A stretch of DNA of 37,731 bases, taken from positions 1 to 37,731 of the forward strand of contig JBKPAK010000114.1 in the NCBI GenBank assembly GCA_046726415.1. The letters run 5' to 3'. The stretch comes from Candidatus Methylomirabilota bacterium (GTDB lineage: Bacteria; Methylomirabilota; Methylomirabilia; Rokubacteriales; CSP1-6). Under the pieces are notes generated by a model. It had not been told where the DNA came from. It did no database searches and saw nothing but the letters and a program-made list of their open reading frames with translations. Position numbers and translations under genes: made by a program. The first letter of the stretch is position 1, and each line of letters starts with the position of its first letter. Shown here one piece after another: positions 20,351 to 28,999 of this stretch.

Positions 20351-20379
20351 TTGACTTCCCCTGAAGCGGATGCTACGGT
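20351..20379 (+). promoter_or_regulatory. Sigma70-type promoter of the miaB operon
   Basis: TTGACT (20351-20356), 17-nt spacer ending in TGC, TACGGT (20374-20379). Confidence 0.55.
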
Positions 20380-20406
20380 CAGTCGGGCACGCAATTTCCA
20401 TCACTT

Positions 20407-21750
20407 ATGGCCAAGCTGCACCTGATCACCTACGGCTGTCAGATGAACGAGTACGACTCCGAGCGCGTCGCTGGCCTCCTGCGCGATAGCCACTATGAGC
20501 TGACGGATCGCGAGGTTGACGCCGACGTGATCATCCTCAACACGTGCGCCATCCGCGAGAAGGCCGAGGAGAAGGTGTTCTCCAAGCTCGGGGAACTGAA
20601 GGCGCTCAAGCACCGCAAGCCCGACCTGGTGGTGGGGGTGATGGGCTGCATGGCCCAGCTCCAGGGGGAGGCTATCCGGCGTCGGGCGCCTATCGTCGAC
20701 CTCGTCTTCGGCTCGCCGGCCATCGCCCGCGTCAGTGACCTGGTGGCCAGGGCCCAGCGCGAAAACCGTCCCATCGTGGAGACGGGGGAGGCGCCGCTGG
20801 TCAAGATCACGGCTCGGCCGTCTGGCGTGAACCGCCTCAAGGCCTACGTCACCGTGATGGAGGGGTGCGAAAAACACTGCGCCTTCTGCGTGGTCCCGGT
20901 CACGCGAGGTCGCGAGCGCAGCCACCCGCCGGCGGCCATCCTCGAGGAGGTCCACGGCCTGGCCCGTGAGGGCGTCCGCGAGGTGACCTTGCTGGGGCAA
21001 ACGGTGAACGCTTACGGGCGCGATCTGACGCCCGCCACGGATCTGGCCGCGTTGCTGGCCCAGGTGAGCGCGGTGGAGGGGATCGAGCGGATCCGCTTCA
21101 CCACGTCGAATCCCTACAATATGACGCGTCGGCTGATGCTCGCCATGGCCGACCTTCCGAAGGTCTGCCGGTACCTGCACCTGCCCCTGCAGTCCGGCTC
21201 CAATCGCGTTCTCGAACGCATGAACCGCGGATACACCCGGGAGCAGTATCTGGAATTGATCGCCGAGCTGACGGTCCTGGTGCCGGACATCGCACTCTCC
21301 ACCGATCTCATCGTGGGATTCCCCGGCGAAACCGAGGAGGATTTTCAGGACACGCTCGACATGGTCGAACGGGTGGTCTTCGACAACGTCTTTGCCTTCC
21401 GCTACTCTCGGCGCCCGGGAACCCCTGCCGCCATCATGCCCGACCAGGTGGCCGACGGGGAGAAGGCGTCGCGGAACATGCGGCTGCTCGAGGTGGCGAG
21501 CCGAATGGCCGCGGTGCGGAGCCAGCGTCTGGCCGGTCGCGTGATGACCGTCCTGGTCGACGGCGCGTCGCGGAAGAACCGCGACGAGGTGGCGGGACGG
21601 ACGGTGTGCAATCGGGTGGTGAACTTCGACGGTCACGGGCGCGTCGGCGCCGGTGATCTGGTGCCGGTGCGGATCACCGAAGCCTTGCCCCATAGCCTGC
21701 GTGGGACGCTCGTGGCGTCGCCGGAGGATGCTGCATGTTTGTCGAAATGA
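20407..21750 (+). CDS. miaB: tRNA-i6A37 methylthiotransferase
   Basis: TYGCQMNEYDSE, LNTCAIREKAE, GCMAQ, radical SAM CEKHCAFC, STDLIVGFPGETEEDF, and a C-terminal TRAM domain. Confidence 0.96.
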   Translation: MAKLHLITYGCQMNEYDSERVAGLLRDSHYELTDREVDADVIILNTCAIREKAEEKVFSKLGELKALKHRKPDLVVGVMGCMAQLQGEAIRRRAPIVDLVFGSPAIARVSDLVARAQRENRPIVETGEAPLVKITARPSGVNRLKAYVTVMEGCEKHCAFCVVPVTRGRERSHPPAAILEEVHGLAREGVREVTLLGQTVNAYGRDLTPATDLAALLAQVSAVEGIERIRFTTSNPYNMTRRLMLAMADLPKVCRYLHLPLQSGSNRVLERMNRGYTREQYLELIAELTVLVPDIALSTDLIVGFPGETEEDFQDTLDMVERVVFDNVFAFRYSRRPGTPAAIMPDQVADGEKASRNMRLLEVASRMAAVRSQRLAGRVMTVLVDGASRKNRDEVAGRTVCNRVVNFDGHGRVGAGDLVPVRITEALPHSLRGTLVASPEDAACLSK

Positions 21751-22223
21751 AAGTTCGCGGACTCGCGCTCGATCCTGTGTCGAACATGCCGATCATCATC
21801 TTGCGCGACGAGGAGGACAAGCGCGCCTTGCCCATCTGGGTCGGCATCTTCGAAGCCAACGCCATCGCCCTGGAGCTGGAGAAGATTCCCACGCCCCGTC
21901 CCATGACCCACGACCTCATCAAGAACATCCTGGAGACGATCGAGGCGCGGGTGCTCAAGATCGTGGTCACCGACCTCCGCGAGAACACGTTCTTTGCCGA
22001 GTTGCACCTGCAGATCGGCGAGGGCGAGTACACCGTGGATTCCCGCCCCTCGGACGCCATCGCGCTGGCCCTGCGGGTGGCGGCGCCCATCTTCGTGAAC
22101 GAGGAGGTCGTCCGCAAGGCCAAGAGTCTGGAAGTGACCAAGGAGGCCGAGCCGATCAAAGCGGACGACCCCGACAAGCTCCGCGAGTGGTTGGAGAACA
22201 TCAAGCCGGAGGATTTCAAGTAG
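21735..22223 (+). CDS. Bifunctional nuclease family protein (DUF151)
   Basis: LPIWVGIFEANAIAL, RPMTHDL, DSRPSDAIALALR. Confidence 0.93.
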   Translation: MFVEMKVRGLALDPVSNMPIIILRDEEDKRALPIWVGIFEANAIALELEKIPTPRPMTHDLIKNILETIEARVLKIVVTDLRENTFFAELHLQIGEGEYTVDSRPSDAIALALRVAAPIFVNEEVVRKAKSLEVTKEAEPIKADDPDKLREWLENIKPEDFK

Positions 22224-22230
22224 GCCGGGC

Positions 22231-23403
22231 GTGCGCGTCGCCCTCTTCACCAACAACTACCTGCCGTTCTGCGGCGGCGTCACCATCTCCGTGGAGACGC
22301 TGCGTCGAGGTCTCGAGGCGAGTCGCCACGAGACATGGGTCTTCGCGCCGCGCTTCCCGGGCGCGTTCCCCGACCAGGGTCGGGTGGTCCGCTACCCCTC
22401 GCTGCCCGCCGCCACATATCCGGAGTTCGCCCTGGCCGTGCCGTACTCCATGCGCATCGCGCGCCTCGTGCGCGGGCTGGACCTGGACGTGCTACACGCC
22501 CACCATCCGTTCCTCCTGGGTCCCGCGGCGCTCCGGTTGGCCCGACGGCTCGGGCGCCCGATCGTGTTCACGTACCACACCCGATACGAAAAGTACGCCC
22601 ACTACGTGCCCCTCTCCCGTCGACTGGTGGAGTCGGCGGCCCTGTGGCTCAGCACCCGCTTTGCCGCCCGCTGCGATGCGGTGATCGCGCCATCCGCGCT
22701 CATCCGCGACGAGCTGGCGGACAGAGGCGTCCGGGCACCCATCGCGGTGGTGCCCACTGGCGTCGATCTCCAGCGTTTCCAGCCGGGCGACCGAACTATC
22801 GCCCGCCGCCTCCTCGGCCTGCCCACCCAGGGCGCGCTCCTTCTCTACGTGGGTCGACTCGACCGCGAGAAGAGCGTCGACCGCGTCCTGCTCGCTTTCG
22901 ACCGGGTGGCCAGCACGGTTCCCGACGTGCGGCTGCTCCTCGTGGGGCAAGGTACCGAGGCGCTCCGTCTGCGCGCCGTGGCCAGGAGCCTCAGTGCCGC
23001 CTCGCGCATCGTGTTCCTGGGGGCCCGGCCGCACGACACTCTGGGCGAGTGTTACCGGGCCGCCGATGCCTTTGTCTTCGCCTCGGAGACGGAGACCCAA
23101 GGGCTCGTGCTGGCCGAGGCGGCCGCCTGCGGCCTTCCGGCCGTGGCGGTGAGTGCCCCCGGTTGCGACGAGGTCGTGCGAGATGGCGAGACGGGCCTCC
23201 TCACCAAAGGTGACCCCACCGCGCTGGCGGAGGCGATGATCGGCCTCCTGCTTGACGAGCCGCGCCGCGCGCAGATGGGGCGCACGGCGCGCGTCGTCGC
23301 CGAGCGAGCCTTCGACGTGCGCCGCCAAATCGAGCGCACCCTGGCCGTCTACACCGAGGCGGGCGCACGTGCCGCGCGGAGCCGGGGAGTGTCGAGCGGG
23401 TGA
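22231..23403 (+). CDS. Glycosyltransferase family 4 (diacylglycerol glucosyltransferase-like)
   Basis: YLPFCGGVTIS, HAHHPF, TYHTRYEKY, YVGRLDREK, SETETQGLVLAEA (EX7E motif). Confidence 0.92.
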   Translation: MRVALFTNNYLPFCGGVTISVETLRRGLEASRHETWVFAPRFPGAFPDQGRVVRYPSLPAATYPEFALAVPYSMRIARLVRGLDLDVLHAHHPFLLGPAALRLARRLGRPIVFTYHTRYEKYAHYVPLSRRLVESAALWLSTRFAARCDAVIAPSALIRDELADRGVRAPIAVVPTGVDLQRFQPGDRTIARRLLGLPTQGALLLYVGRLDREKSVDRVLLAFDRVASTVPDVRLLLVGQGTEALRLRAVARSLSAASRIVFLGARPHDTLGECYRAADAFVFASETETQGLVLAEAAACGLPAVAVSAPGCDEVVRDGETGLLTKGDPTALAEAMIGLLLDEPRRAQMGRTARVVAERAFDVRRQIERTLAVYTEAGARAARSRGVSSG

Positions 23404-23720
23404 GCCCGCGGGCCGAGACCCTCCGCCGAATTCAAGCGGAGATCGCGGGCGAGAAGGCGGCCGCTCTCGGCCGCGCCGGTGAGCGGCTCGAGGCGGCCTT
23501 GCGGGAGGTCACGGCACACGCCCAGCGGATCCGTGAGGCTCCGGACGCGGCCGCCCGCGCCCGCCTGGGCGCGGCGTACGAGCAGGCGCGGGCTGGGGCG
23601 GTCGAGGCCCGAGTGGCGCTCCTCGTTCAGCGCGAGGCGTTGGGTCTGCGCCGCCATGCCGTGGTGGAGCAGCAGTATCCTGAGCCGCCGTCCTTCCGAC
23701 GCCTGCACGGCGCGTCGTGA
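23400..23720 (+). CDS. Small helical protein, DUF6665-like
   Basis: EIAGEKAAALGRAGERLEAAL...VQREALGLR. GTGA overlaps with both neighbours. Confidence 0.7.
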   Translation: MSPRAETLRRIQAEIAGEKAAALGRAGERLEAALREVTAHAQRIREAPDAAARARLGAAYEQARAGAVEARVALLVQREALGLRRHAVVEQQYPEPPSFRRLHGAS

Positions 23721-25024
23721 TCTGGAACCGCGAGGCCGAGACGCTCCCCACGGCGCGGCGGCGAGCGCTCCAGCTCGAGCGTCTCCAGGCGCTGGTGACA
23801 TGGGCGCACCGCAGCGTGCCGTTCTACCGGGGTCGCCTCCCGGCCACGCCGGTACGTTCGCTGGAGGAGCTCCCGAATCTTCCGTTCACTCGAAAACCCG
23901 ATCTGCGGGCCCATTACCCGTTCGGCCTCCTTGCCGTGCCGCGGACCGAGCTGATCCGGATTCACGCCTCATCGGGGACGAAGGGCAAACCCACCGTGGT
24001 TGGCTACACCCGCGAGGACCTGGACATGTGGCGGGAGGTCATGGCGCGAGCCATGGTGGCCGCGGGGGCGCGATCCGGCGACCTCCTTCACATCGCTTTC
24101 GGCTACGGGCTCTTCACCGGAGGCCTGGGCTTTCACGACGGCGCCGAGCGGATCGGCATGGTGGTCCTCCCAGTTTCGTTGGGCAACACGGCGCGCCAGC
24201 AGCTGCTGCTTCAGGACTTTCGCCCAGCCGGGCTGGCCGCCACCCCGTCGTTCGCTCTCCACATCGCTGAAACCCTTCGGGAGCAGGGAGGACATCCGGA
24301 TCGACTCGGTCTGCGCTACGGGCTATTCGGCGCCGAGCCCTGGACGGAGGCCCTCCGGGATGCGCTGGAACGCGCGTGGGGTTGCCCGACCTACGACATT
24401 TACGGGCTGTCCGAGATCATCGGGCCCGGAGTCTCCGGGGAGTGCGAGGTGCGCGAGGGACTCCACATCGCCGACGACCATTTTCTGCCGGAGATCGCCG
24501 ACCCTCGATCCGGGCAGCCCGTCCCGGCCGGAGGCGAGGGCGAGCTGGTGATCAGTACCCTCACCAAGCGTGCGATGCCGCTCGTCCGCTACTGCACCGG
24601 CGATATTACGTCGCTCCACCCTGAGCCGTGCCGTTGCGGGCGGACCACAGTACGGATGGCGCGGGTGAAGGGCCGGACGGACGACATGCTCATCATCAAG
24701 GGTGTGAACGTGTATCCCTCGGAAGTGGAGAGTGCGCTGCTCGCCATCGGCGAGCTGGATCCGCACTATCAACTCGTGGTCGACCGCTCGGCGACGCTGG
24801 CCAACCTGGAGATTCGCGTCGAGCCCGCGGCGGCGTTGCTCGCCCAGGCGGGCTACGCGGTGCTCGAGGCCGACAGCGCCGCCGGACGAACTCTGCGGCA
24901 CGAGATCGGCGAGCGCCTGCGCGCCGCCATCGGCCTGACTGTGGAGGTGACGCTGGTCCCCCCAGGCACCGTGCCGCGATCAGAGGGCAAGGCGGTACGG
25001 GTCATCGAGATTCCGACCCCGTAA
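23717..25024 (+). CDS. paaK: Phenylacetate--CoA ligase family protein
   Basis: RIHASSGTKGKPTVVGYT, FGYGLFTGGLG, GAEPW, DIYGLSEIIGPGV, GRTDDMLIIKGVNVYP, RSEGKA. Confidence 0.93.
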   Translation: MIWNREAETLPTARRRALQLERLQALVTWAHRSVPFYRGRLPATPVRSLEELPNLPFTRKPDLRAHYPFGLLAVPRTELIRIHASSGTKGKPTVVGYTREDLDMWREVMARAMVAAGARSGDLLHIAFGYGLFTGGLGFHDGAERIGMVVLPVSLGNTARQQLLLQDFRPAGLAATPSFALHIAETLREQGGHPDRLGLRYGLFGAEPWTEALRDALERAWGCPTYDIYGLSEIIGPGVSGECEVREGLHIADDHFLPEIADPRSGQPVPAGGEGELVISTLTKRAMPLVRYCTGDITSLHPEPCRCGRTTVRMARVKGRTDDMLIIKGVNVYPSEVESALLAIGELDPHYQLVVDRSATLANLEIRVEPAAALLAQAGYAVLEADSAAGRTLRHEIGERLRAAIGLTVEVTLVPPGTVPRSEGKAVRVIEIPTP

Positions 25025-25056
25025 CTCGCGGACATCACCTTCTGGTTCGACGCGCT

Positions 25057-25084
25057 ATTTAACATAATGCCCCTTATCGGAAGT
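25057..25084 (-). other. dif site (XerC/XerD recombination site)
   Basis: The - strand reads ACTTCCGATAA-GGGGCA-TTATGTTAAAT, an 11+6+11 layout. The XerD arm is identical to the E. coli dif arm. It lies between convergent genes. Confidence 0.9.
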
Positions 25085-25127
25085 TAATCCGCCGAACGAG
25101 CTATGCAGTTCTTCGTCGATCGTGGGG

Positions 25128-25790
25128 CTACGGAGCGACGCCGAGTGCGGCGAGGCGACCTCGCGCCTCATCGCTCAGCCGGCTCTTGCGATCCTCGACG
25201 ACGCGCCTGTAGGTCTTGACCGCGTCCTCCTGCCGGCCGGCCAGTTCTTGCACGCGCGCGAGGTCCATCATCAGGTCGTCGTGAAGGAACTCTCCAGGCT
25301 TGAGCGATGCGAGGGCCTTCTCGAAGGCTTCGATAGCCTTCAGATACTCCTTCTGGACCTCCCAGGTGTACCCCACGCTGACCAGCGCAAGCCTGGCCAA
25401 GGTCGGTGACGATCCCCTCGCCGTCAACTCGTAGGCTGATCGTGACGCAGGATATTGTTGTGCTTCATACTTGAGATTTGCCAATTCATAGGTTACTTGA
25501 GCGACCGCTGACGCGGGAGGCTGCTGGTTCAGCGCCGCTTCTAGATCGCGCACCGCCTCGGTTTTTGCGGCTGGATCCGAGTTCGGAGCGAGGCCTGACT
25601 GGACCTTGATCATGGCGCTGGCAAAAGCCTCGAGGCCGCGGCGCTGCTGGATCGAGATCCACTGCCACGCCGACAGGACGGCGCCCCCGAGCACGACCAC
25701 CACGGCGCCCACAACCGCCAGCACGCGCCAGGACGGGATCCTCATCCAGCGGGAGAATTGTAAGTTCCGTGGGATCGGGAATTGGGGCAT
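25128..25790 (-). CDS. Membrane-anchored tetratricopeptide-repeat protein (YfgM-like)
   Basis: N-terminal TM helix (VLAVVGAVVVVLGGAVLSAW) followed by TPR-like helices. Its ATG overlaps the bactofilin stop codon (TGATG). Confidence 0.8.
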   Translation of the reverse strand: MPQFPIPRNLQFSRWMRIPSWRVLAVVGAVVVVLGGAVLSAWQWISIQQRRGLEAFASAMIKVQSGLAPNSDPAAKTEAVRDLEAALNQQPPASAVAQVTYELANLKYEAQQYPASRSAYELTARGSSPTLARLALVSVGYTWEVQKEYLKAIEAFEKALASLKPGEFLHDDLMMDLARVQELAGRQEDAVKTYRRVVEDRKSRLSDEARGRLAALGVAP

Positions 25791-26209
25791 CAGCGCTCCA
25801 GTACCTCGCGCGGCGAGGAAGGTGGTTCGACCCACACCTCGCCCTTCACGGTCGTGCCCGCACCGGCGCTGAGGCTGCCGCTCTTGAGCGTGCCGGTCAG
25901 CGAACCACTGCCCAGGATTTCTACGCGGCCGGCGGCCGACAGATTGCCACGCACGGCTCCGGCGATGACGATCTCGCTGGCCGTGATGTTCGCCTCCACC
26001 CGTGCCTCCGGCCCGATATGAACGGCTCCGTTCAGGACGACCTCGCCTTCGAACTGTCCGAGCATGGTGAGGGCCCCCTCTCCTCGGAGTTCGCCCTTGA
26101 TGGACACCCCACGCCCAATCACGGTCGCTCGACGAGGGTTCGGGGATTCATCGAACGCGTCGATCCCATTCCGGTCAGAGAGGCCGAGGAAGTGCCACAA
26201 GGCCTTCAC
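25790..26209 (-). CDS. Bactofilin (polymer-forming cytoskeletal protein)
   Basis: TVIGRGVSIKGEL..GQFEGEV..VHIGPEARVEANI..IAGAVRGNL..GSLTGTL beta-helix repeats. Confidence 0.9.
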   Translation of the reverse strand: MKALWHFLGLSDRNGIDAFDESPNPRRATVIGRGVSIKGELRGEGALTMLGQFEGEVVLNGAVHIGPEARVEANITASEIVIAGAVRGNLSAAGRVEILGSGSLTGTLKSGSLSAGAGTTVKGEVWVEPPSSPREVLER

Positions 26210-26215
26210 GCGGCA

Positions 26216-26244
26216 ATGCTAGGCAGGGGGCCTGGAGGTGTCAA
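26216..26244 (-). promoter_or_regulatory. Sigma70 promoter, probably producing a leaderless bactofilin mRNA
   Basis: TTGACA (26244-26239), 17-nt spacer, TAGCAT (26221-26216). The GTG start follows 6 nt later. Confidence 0.7.
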
Positions 26245-26567
26245 GGCGCCAGCCGGACATACAGGGCGCCGTCACGCACCGTCACCGGATAGCATGCGAT
26301 TCGCACTGCGGGGTTGTTGGCGTTGGCGCCCGTCGTCACGTCCCAGGCCCACCCGTGCCAGGGACAGGTCACGACGCGGCCGTGGACGTCGCCCTCGCCG
26401 AGGGGCCCACCGCGGTGAGGGCAGGCGTTGTCGACGGCGTAGTAGCCACCGTCGACGTTGAAAATCGCGAGCGCCTTGCCCCCGACGTGAACCAGACGGC
26501 CGGTGCCGACCGGGACGTCCGCGACCGCGATCGCCCGGGTCAGTCCTGTCTCGCCGGCCATCGTCAT
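26241..26567 (-). CDS. Rieske [2Fe-2S] ferredoxin (NirD/dioxygenase ferredoxin-like)
   Basis: CPHRGGPL and CPWHGW ligand boxes. Confidence 0.93.
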   Translation of the reverse strand: MTMAGETGLTRAIAVADVPVGTGRLVHVGGKALAIFNVDGGYYAVDNACPHRGGPLGEGDVHGRVVTCPWHGWAWDVTTGANANNPAVRIACYPVTVRDGALYVRLAP

Positions 26568-26589
26568 CGCCCTCGGCTTTGCGCCCCGC

Positions 26590-26967
26590 TCAGGCAGCGG
26601 TGGCGATCACGCTTCGAATGGCCGCCAGCAACTCGGCGGACCGAAGGGGCTTGGCGAGGATCTGTCGGGCTCCCAGGCTGGCGGCCGTTTGTCGGTCGAG
26701 GGCCTGGCCGATGGCGGAGGTGATGATCACGGGAACATCGCGCCAGCGTGGGTTTTCGTGCAACCGAGCCAGCAGCTCGAGGCCACTCATCTGCATCGGA
26801 GGCATCAGGAGGTCCAGCACGATCAGGTCGGCGTGCAAGGTGTCGAGGCGCTCAAAGGCATCGTCGGCACTTTCGACCGCGACGGCGTCAAACCCTCCCT
26901 CGCGAATGGCGTCCCTCCACAACTCGCGGAGAGGCGCCTCGTCCTCGACGATCAGCACTCGCTTCAT
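26590..26967 (-). CDS. Single-domain response regulator (receiver)
   Basis: MKRVLIVEDE, LIVLDLLMP, SGLELL, VIITSA, LAKP. GGAGG SD before ATG 26967. Confidence 0.9.
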   Translation of the reverse strand: MKRVLIVEDEAPLRELWRDAIREGGFDAVAVESADDAFERLDTLHADLIVLDLLMPPMQMSGLELLARLHENPRWRDVPVIITSAIGQALDRQTAASLGARQILAKPLRSAELLAAIRSVIATAA

Positions 26968-27098
26968 TGGGGCCTCCGGGATCGGCGGCATTCCATAGCC
27001 CACCCTATCATTGTCCGCGCGGACCTCCGAATCCTTCCTCTCCTCTCGCACGATCCAATAGCCATGGCTCGGGCAGGACCCTGACGGCACTAGCCCCG

Positions 27099-27470
27099 TC
27101 ATGAGGCGCTCCACGCCGCCCAGGCCAGGGCCAGCCAGCCGAGGAGAAAGGCGAAACCACCGATCGGGGTGATGGCACCGAGCCAGCGCGGCCCACCCGC
27201 GCTGAGAAGATAGAGGCTGCCGGAGAACACGATCGTTCCGGCCACGAACAACCAGCCGGCCGCGGTGACGGCAGGGCTCGGCCACCGTCCAGCGATCCAC
27301 GCCACCGCGAAGAGCGCCAGCGCGTGATACATCTGGTAGCGCACGCCAACCTCGAACACGCCGAGCTTCTCGGCCGAGAGGCGCGCGGTCAAGCTATGTG
27401 CGGCAAAGGCGCCGAGCGCGACGGCGGTCAGCGCCGAGAGCGAGCCCAGCCCCGCGAACAGGCGATCCAT
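27099..27470 (-). CDS. DUF423 family membrane protein
   Basis: ALGAFAAHSL, RYQMYHALAL, FSGSLY, GAITPIGG. Confidence 0.93.
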   Translation of the reverse strand: MDRLFAGLGSLSALTAVALGAFAAHSLTARLSAEKLGVFEVGVRYQMYHALALFAVAWIAGRWPSPAVTAAGWLFVAGTIVFSGSLYLLSAGGPRWLGAITPIGGFAFLLGWLALAWAAWSAS

Positions 27471-27531
27471 CCCCGTCCTCCGTCACGATGCACGGCCGAC
27501 ATGGTACCCTGCCCTCGGTCCGGTCAGATCG

Positions 27532-27669
27532 ATGATGTCGCGCATCGCCCTCGTGTGGCTCGCATTGGCGCTGGTGCTGGGCGGCTGCCAGTCGCCCGGG
27601 CCGCTCTTCCCGCCGGATCCCACGCCCCCACCGCCGGACTTCGATCGCTCGGACTGCTGCCGAGAATAG
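27532..27669 (+). CDS. Putative 45-aa small lipoprotein (absent from the ORF track)
   Basis: MMSRIALVWLALALVLGGC-QSPGPLFPPDPTPPPPDFDRSDCCRE: charged N-terminus, hydrophobic core, lipobox LGGC. Confidence 0.65.
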   Translation: MMSRIALVWLALALVLGGCQSPGPLFPPDPTPPPPDFDRSDCCRE

Positions 27670-27748
27670 TCGGCACGGCCGCCCACCCCGCGCCCATACG
27701 CCGACGCCTGGCCGCTGAAGATCAGGACAGTGCCGAGAGGAGCGTGAC

Positions 27749-28996
27749 ATGCGTTCCCGCGATCAGCGATGGTGGGTCGTCGCCGCGCTGTTCACGGTGA
27801 CGTTCACCCTCGCCATCCCCTTCGCCGCCTTCGGTGTCTTTCTCCCGGCCCTGGCTCAGGAGTTCGGCTGGAGTCGAGGGGCGATCTCGGTGGCGCTGTC
27901 CATCAACCTCCTGCTTGGGGGCGCCGCCGGATTCGCGGTGGGTGCCCTCGCCGACCGGTATGGGCCGCGGGCGCTTCTGGCTGTCACCGCCGCCCTGGCC
28001 GGTGCGGGTTTCGCGCTCACCTCGATGGTTCACGCCCTCTGGCACTTCTACCTCCTGGTCGGCGTCCTGGGTGGCATCGGCATGTCGGCCTTTTACGTGT
28101 TGAGTACATCCACCGTGGCCCGCTGGTTCGAACAACGCCGCGGGCTGGCCATCGGCATTGTTCTCACCGGCTTCAATCTTGGGTTCGTCGCGGGAGGGCC
28201 GGCGGCGGCGTGGCTCATCGAGCATGTGGGGTGGCGAACCGCCTACGTGACCCTGGGCGGCAGCGCGGGTCTCGTCGGCGCGGTGGCCGCGCTGGGCGTG
28301 CGCTACCCGGCACCGGCGGCGGCCTCGCTCGGCATACGCTACCCGGCACCAGCGGCGGCCGTGCTCGACCGCGCACGGCCCGCGCTCATTCCCGTCCGTT
28401 CCCTCCAGCGCGAGTCGGGGGCTAGCCTCCGCGAAGCCATGGTCGATCCGCGCCTCTGGTACCTCAATGTGTCCTGGTTCCTGATGGGCCTGCTCTTGAC
28501 GACGCTGTCGGTTCACGTGGTGCCCTATGCACGTGATCACGGGATCGACCTCGAGCGGGCGGCGCTGGCACTGACGTCGTACGGCCTGGGTTCCGTCGTG
28601 GGGCGGCTCGTCTTCGGGCCCGCCTCGGACCGTCTTGGCACCACGTCCGCGATCCGTCTGGGCTTCGCCATCCAGATCATCGCGCTGGCCGCCCTGGTGA
28701 CGACTCCCTCGGCCCAATGGCTGCCGCCCTTGATGATGGCGTATGGGATCGGGTTCGCCGGCGCCGACACCGCGATCGTGAGGGTCATCCCCGACGTGTT
28801 CGGGCTGCGAGCGCTCGGTGCCATCATGGGTGTCCTGAGCCTGGGCTGGCGCTGTGGGGCAGCGCTCGGGCCCGCCGCCACCGGCTTCGTCTATGACGCG
28901 ACCCGTTCCTACGCGCTGTCGTTCGGCGCTGCCCCGGGCCTGCTCGTGGTCAGCGTGCTCCTGGTCACCGCCGCGACCTCGGCCCGCCAGAAGTAG
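27749..28996 (+). CDS. MFS transporter (OFA/MCT-like)
   Basis: About 12 TM helices. Motif A GALADRYGPR and GPASDRLG; ARWFEQRRGLAIG. Confidence 0.93.
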   Translation: MRSRDQRWWVVAALFTVTFTLAIPFAAFGVFLPALAQEFGWSRGAISVALSINLLLGGAAGFAVGALADRYGPRALLAVTAALAGAGFALTSMVHALWHFYLLVGVLGGIGMSAFYVLSTSTVARWFEQRRGLAIGIVLTGFNLGFVAGGPAAAWLIEHVGWRTAYVTLGGSAGLVGAVAALGVRYPAPAAASLGIRYPAPAAAVLDRARPALIPVRSLQRESGASLREAMVDPRLWYLNVSWFLMGLLLTTLSVHVVPYARDHGIDLERAALALTSYGLGSVVGRLVFGPASDRLGTTSAIRLGFAIQIIALAALVTTPSAQWLPPLMMAYGIGFAGADTAIVRVIPDVFGLRALGAIMGVLSLGWRCGAALGPAATGFVYDATRSYALSFGAAPGLLVVSVLLVTAATSARQK

Positions 28997-28999
28997 TAA

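Noticed and set aside
17623-20394. 923-aa ORF read as a giant regulator fusion
   Set aside because: The N-terminal ~580 aa is the antisense shadow of the FBP aldolase/phosphatase gene. Only the last ~344 aa has SorC-family motifs.
25040-25100. Integron attI/attC site
   Set aside because: The sequence fits the 11-6-11 dif layout much better, and there is no intI gene or cassette array.
26968-27300. Long N-terminal extension of the 26590 receiver ORF
   Set aside because: It overlaps DUF423 in another frame. The SD and the domain start support ATG 26967.
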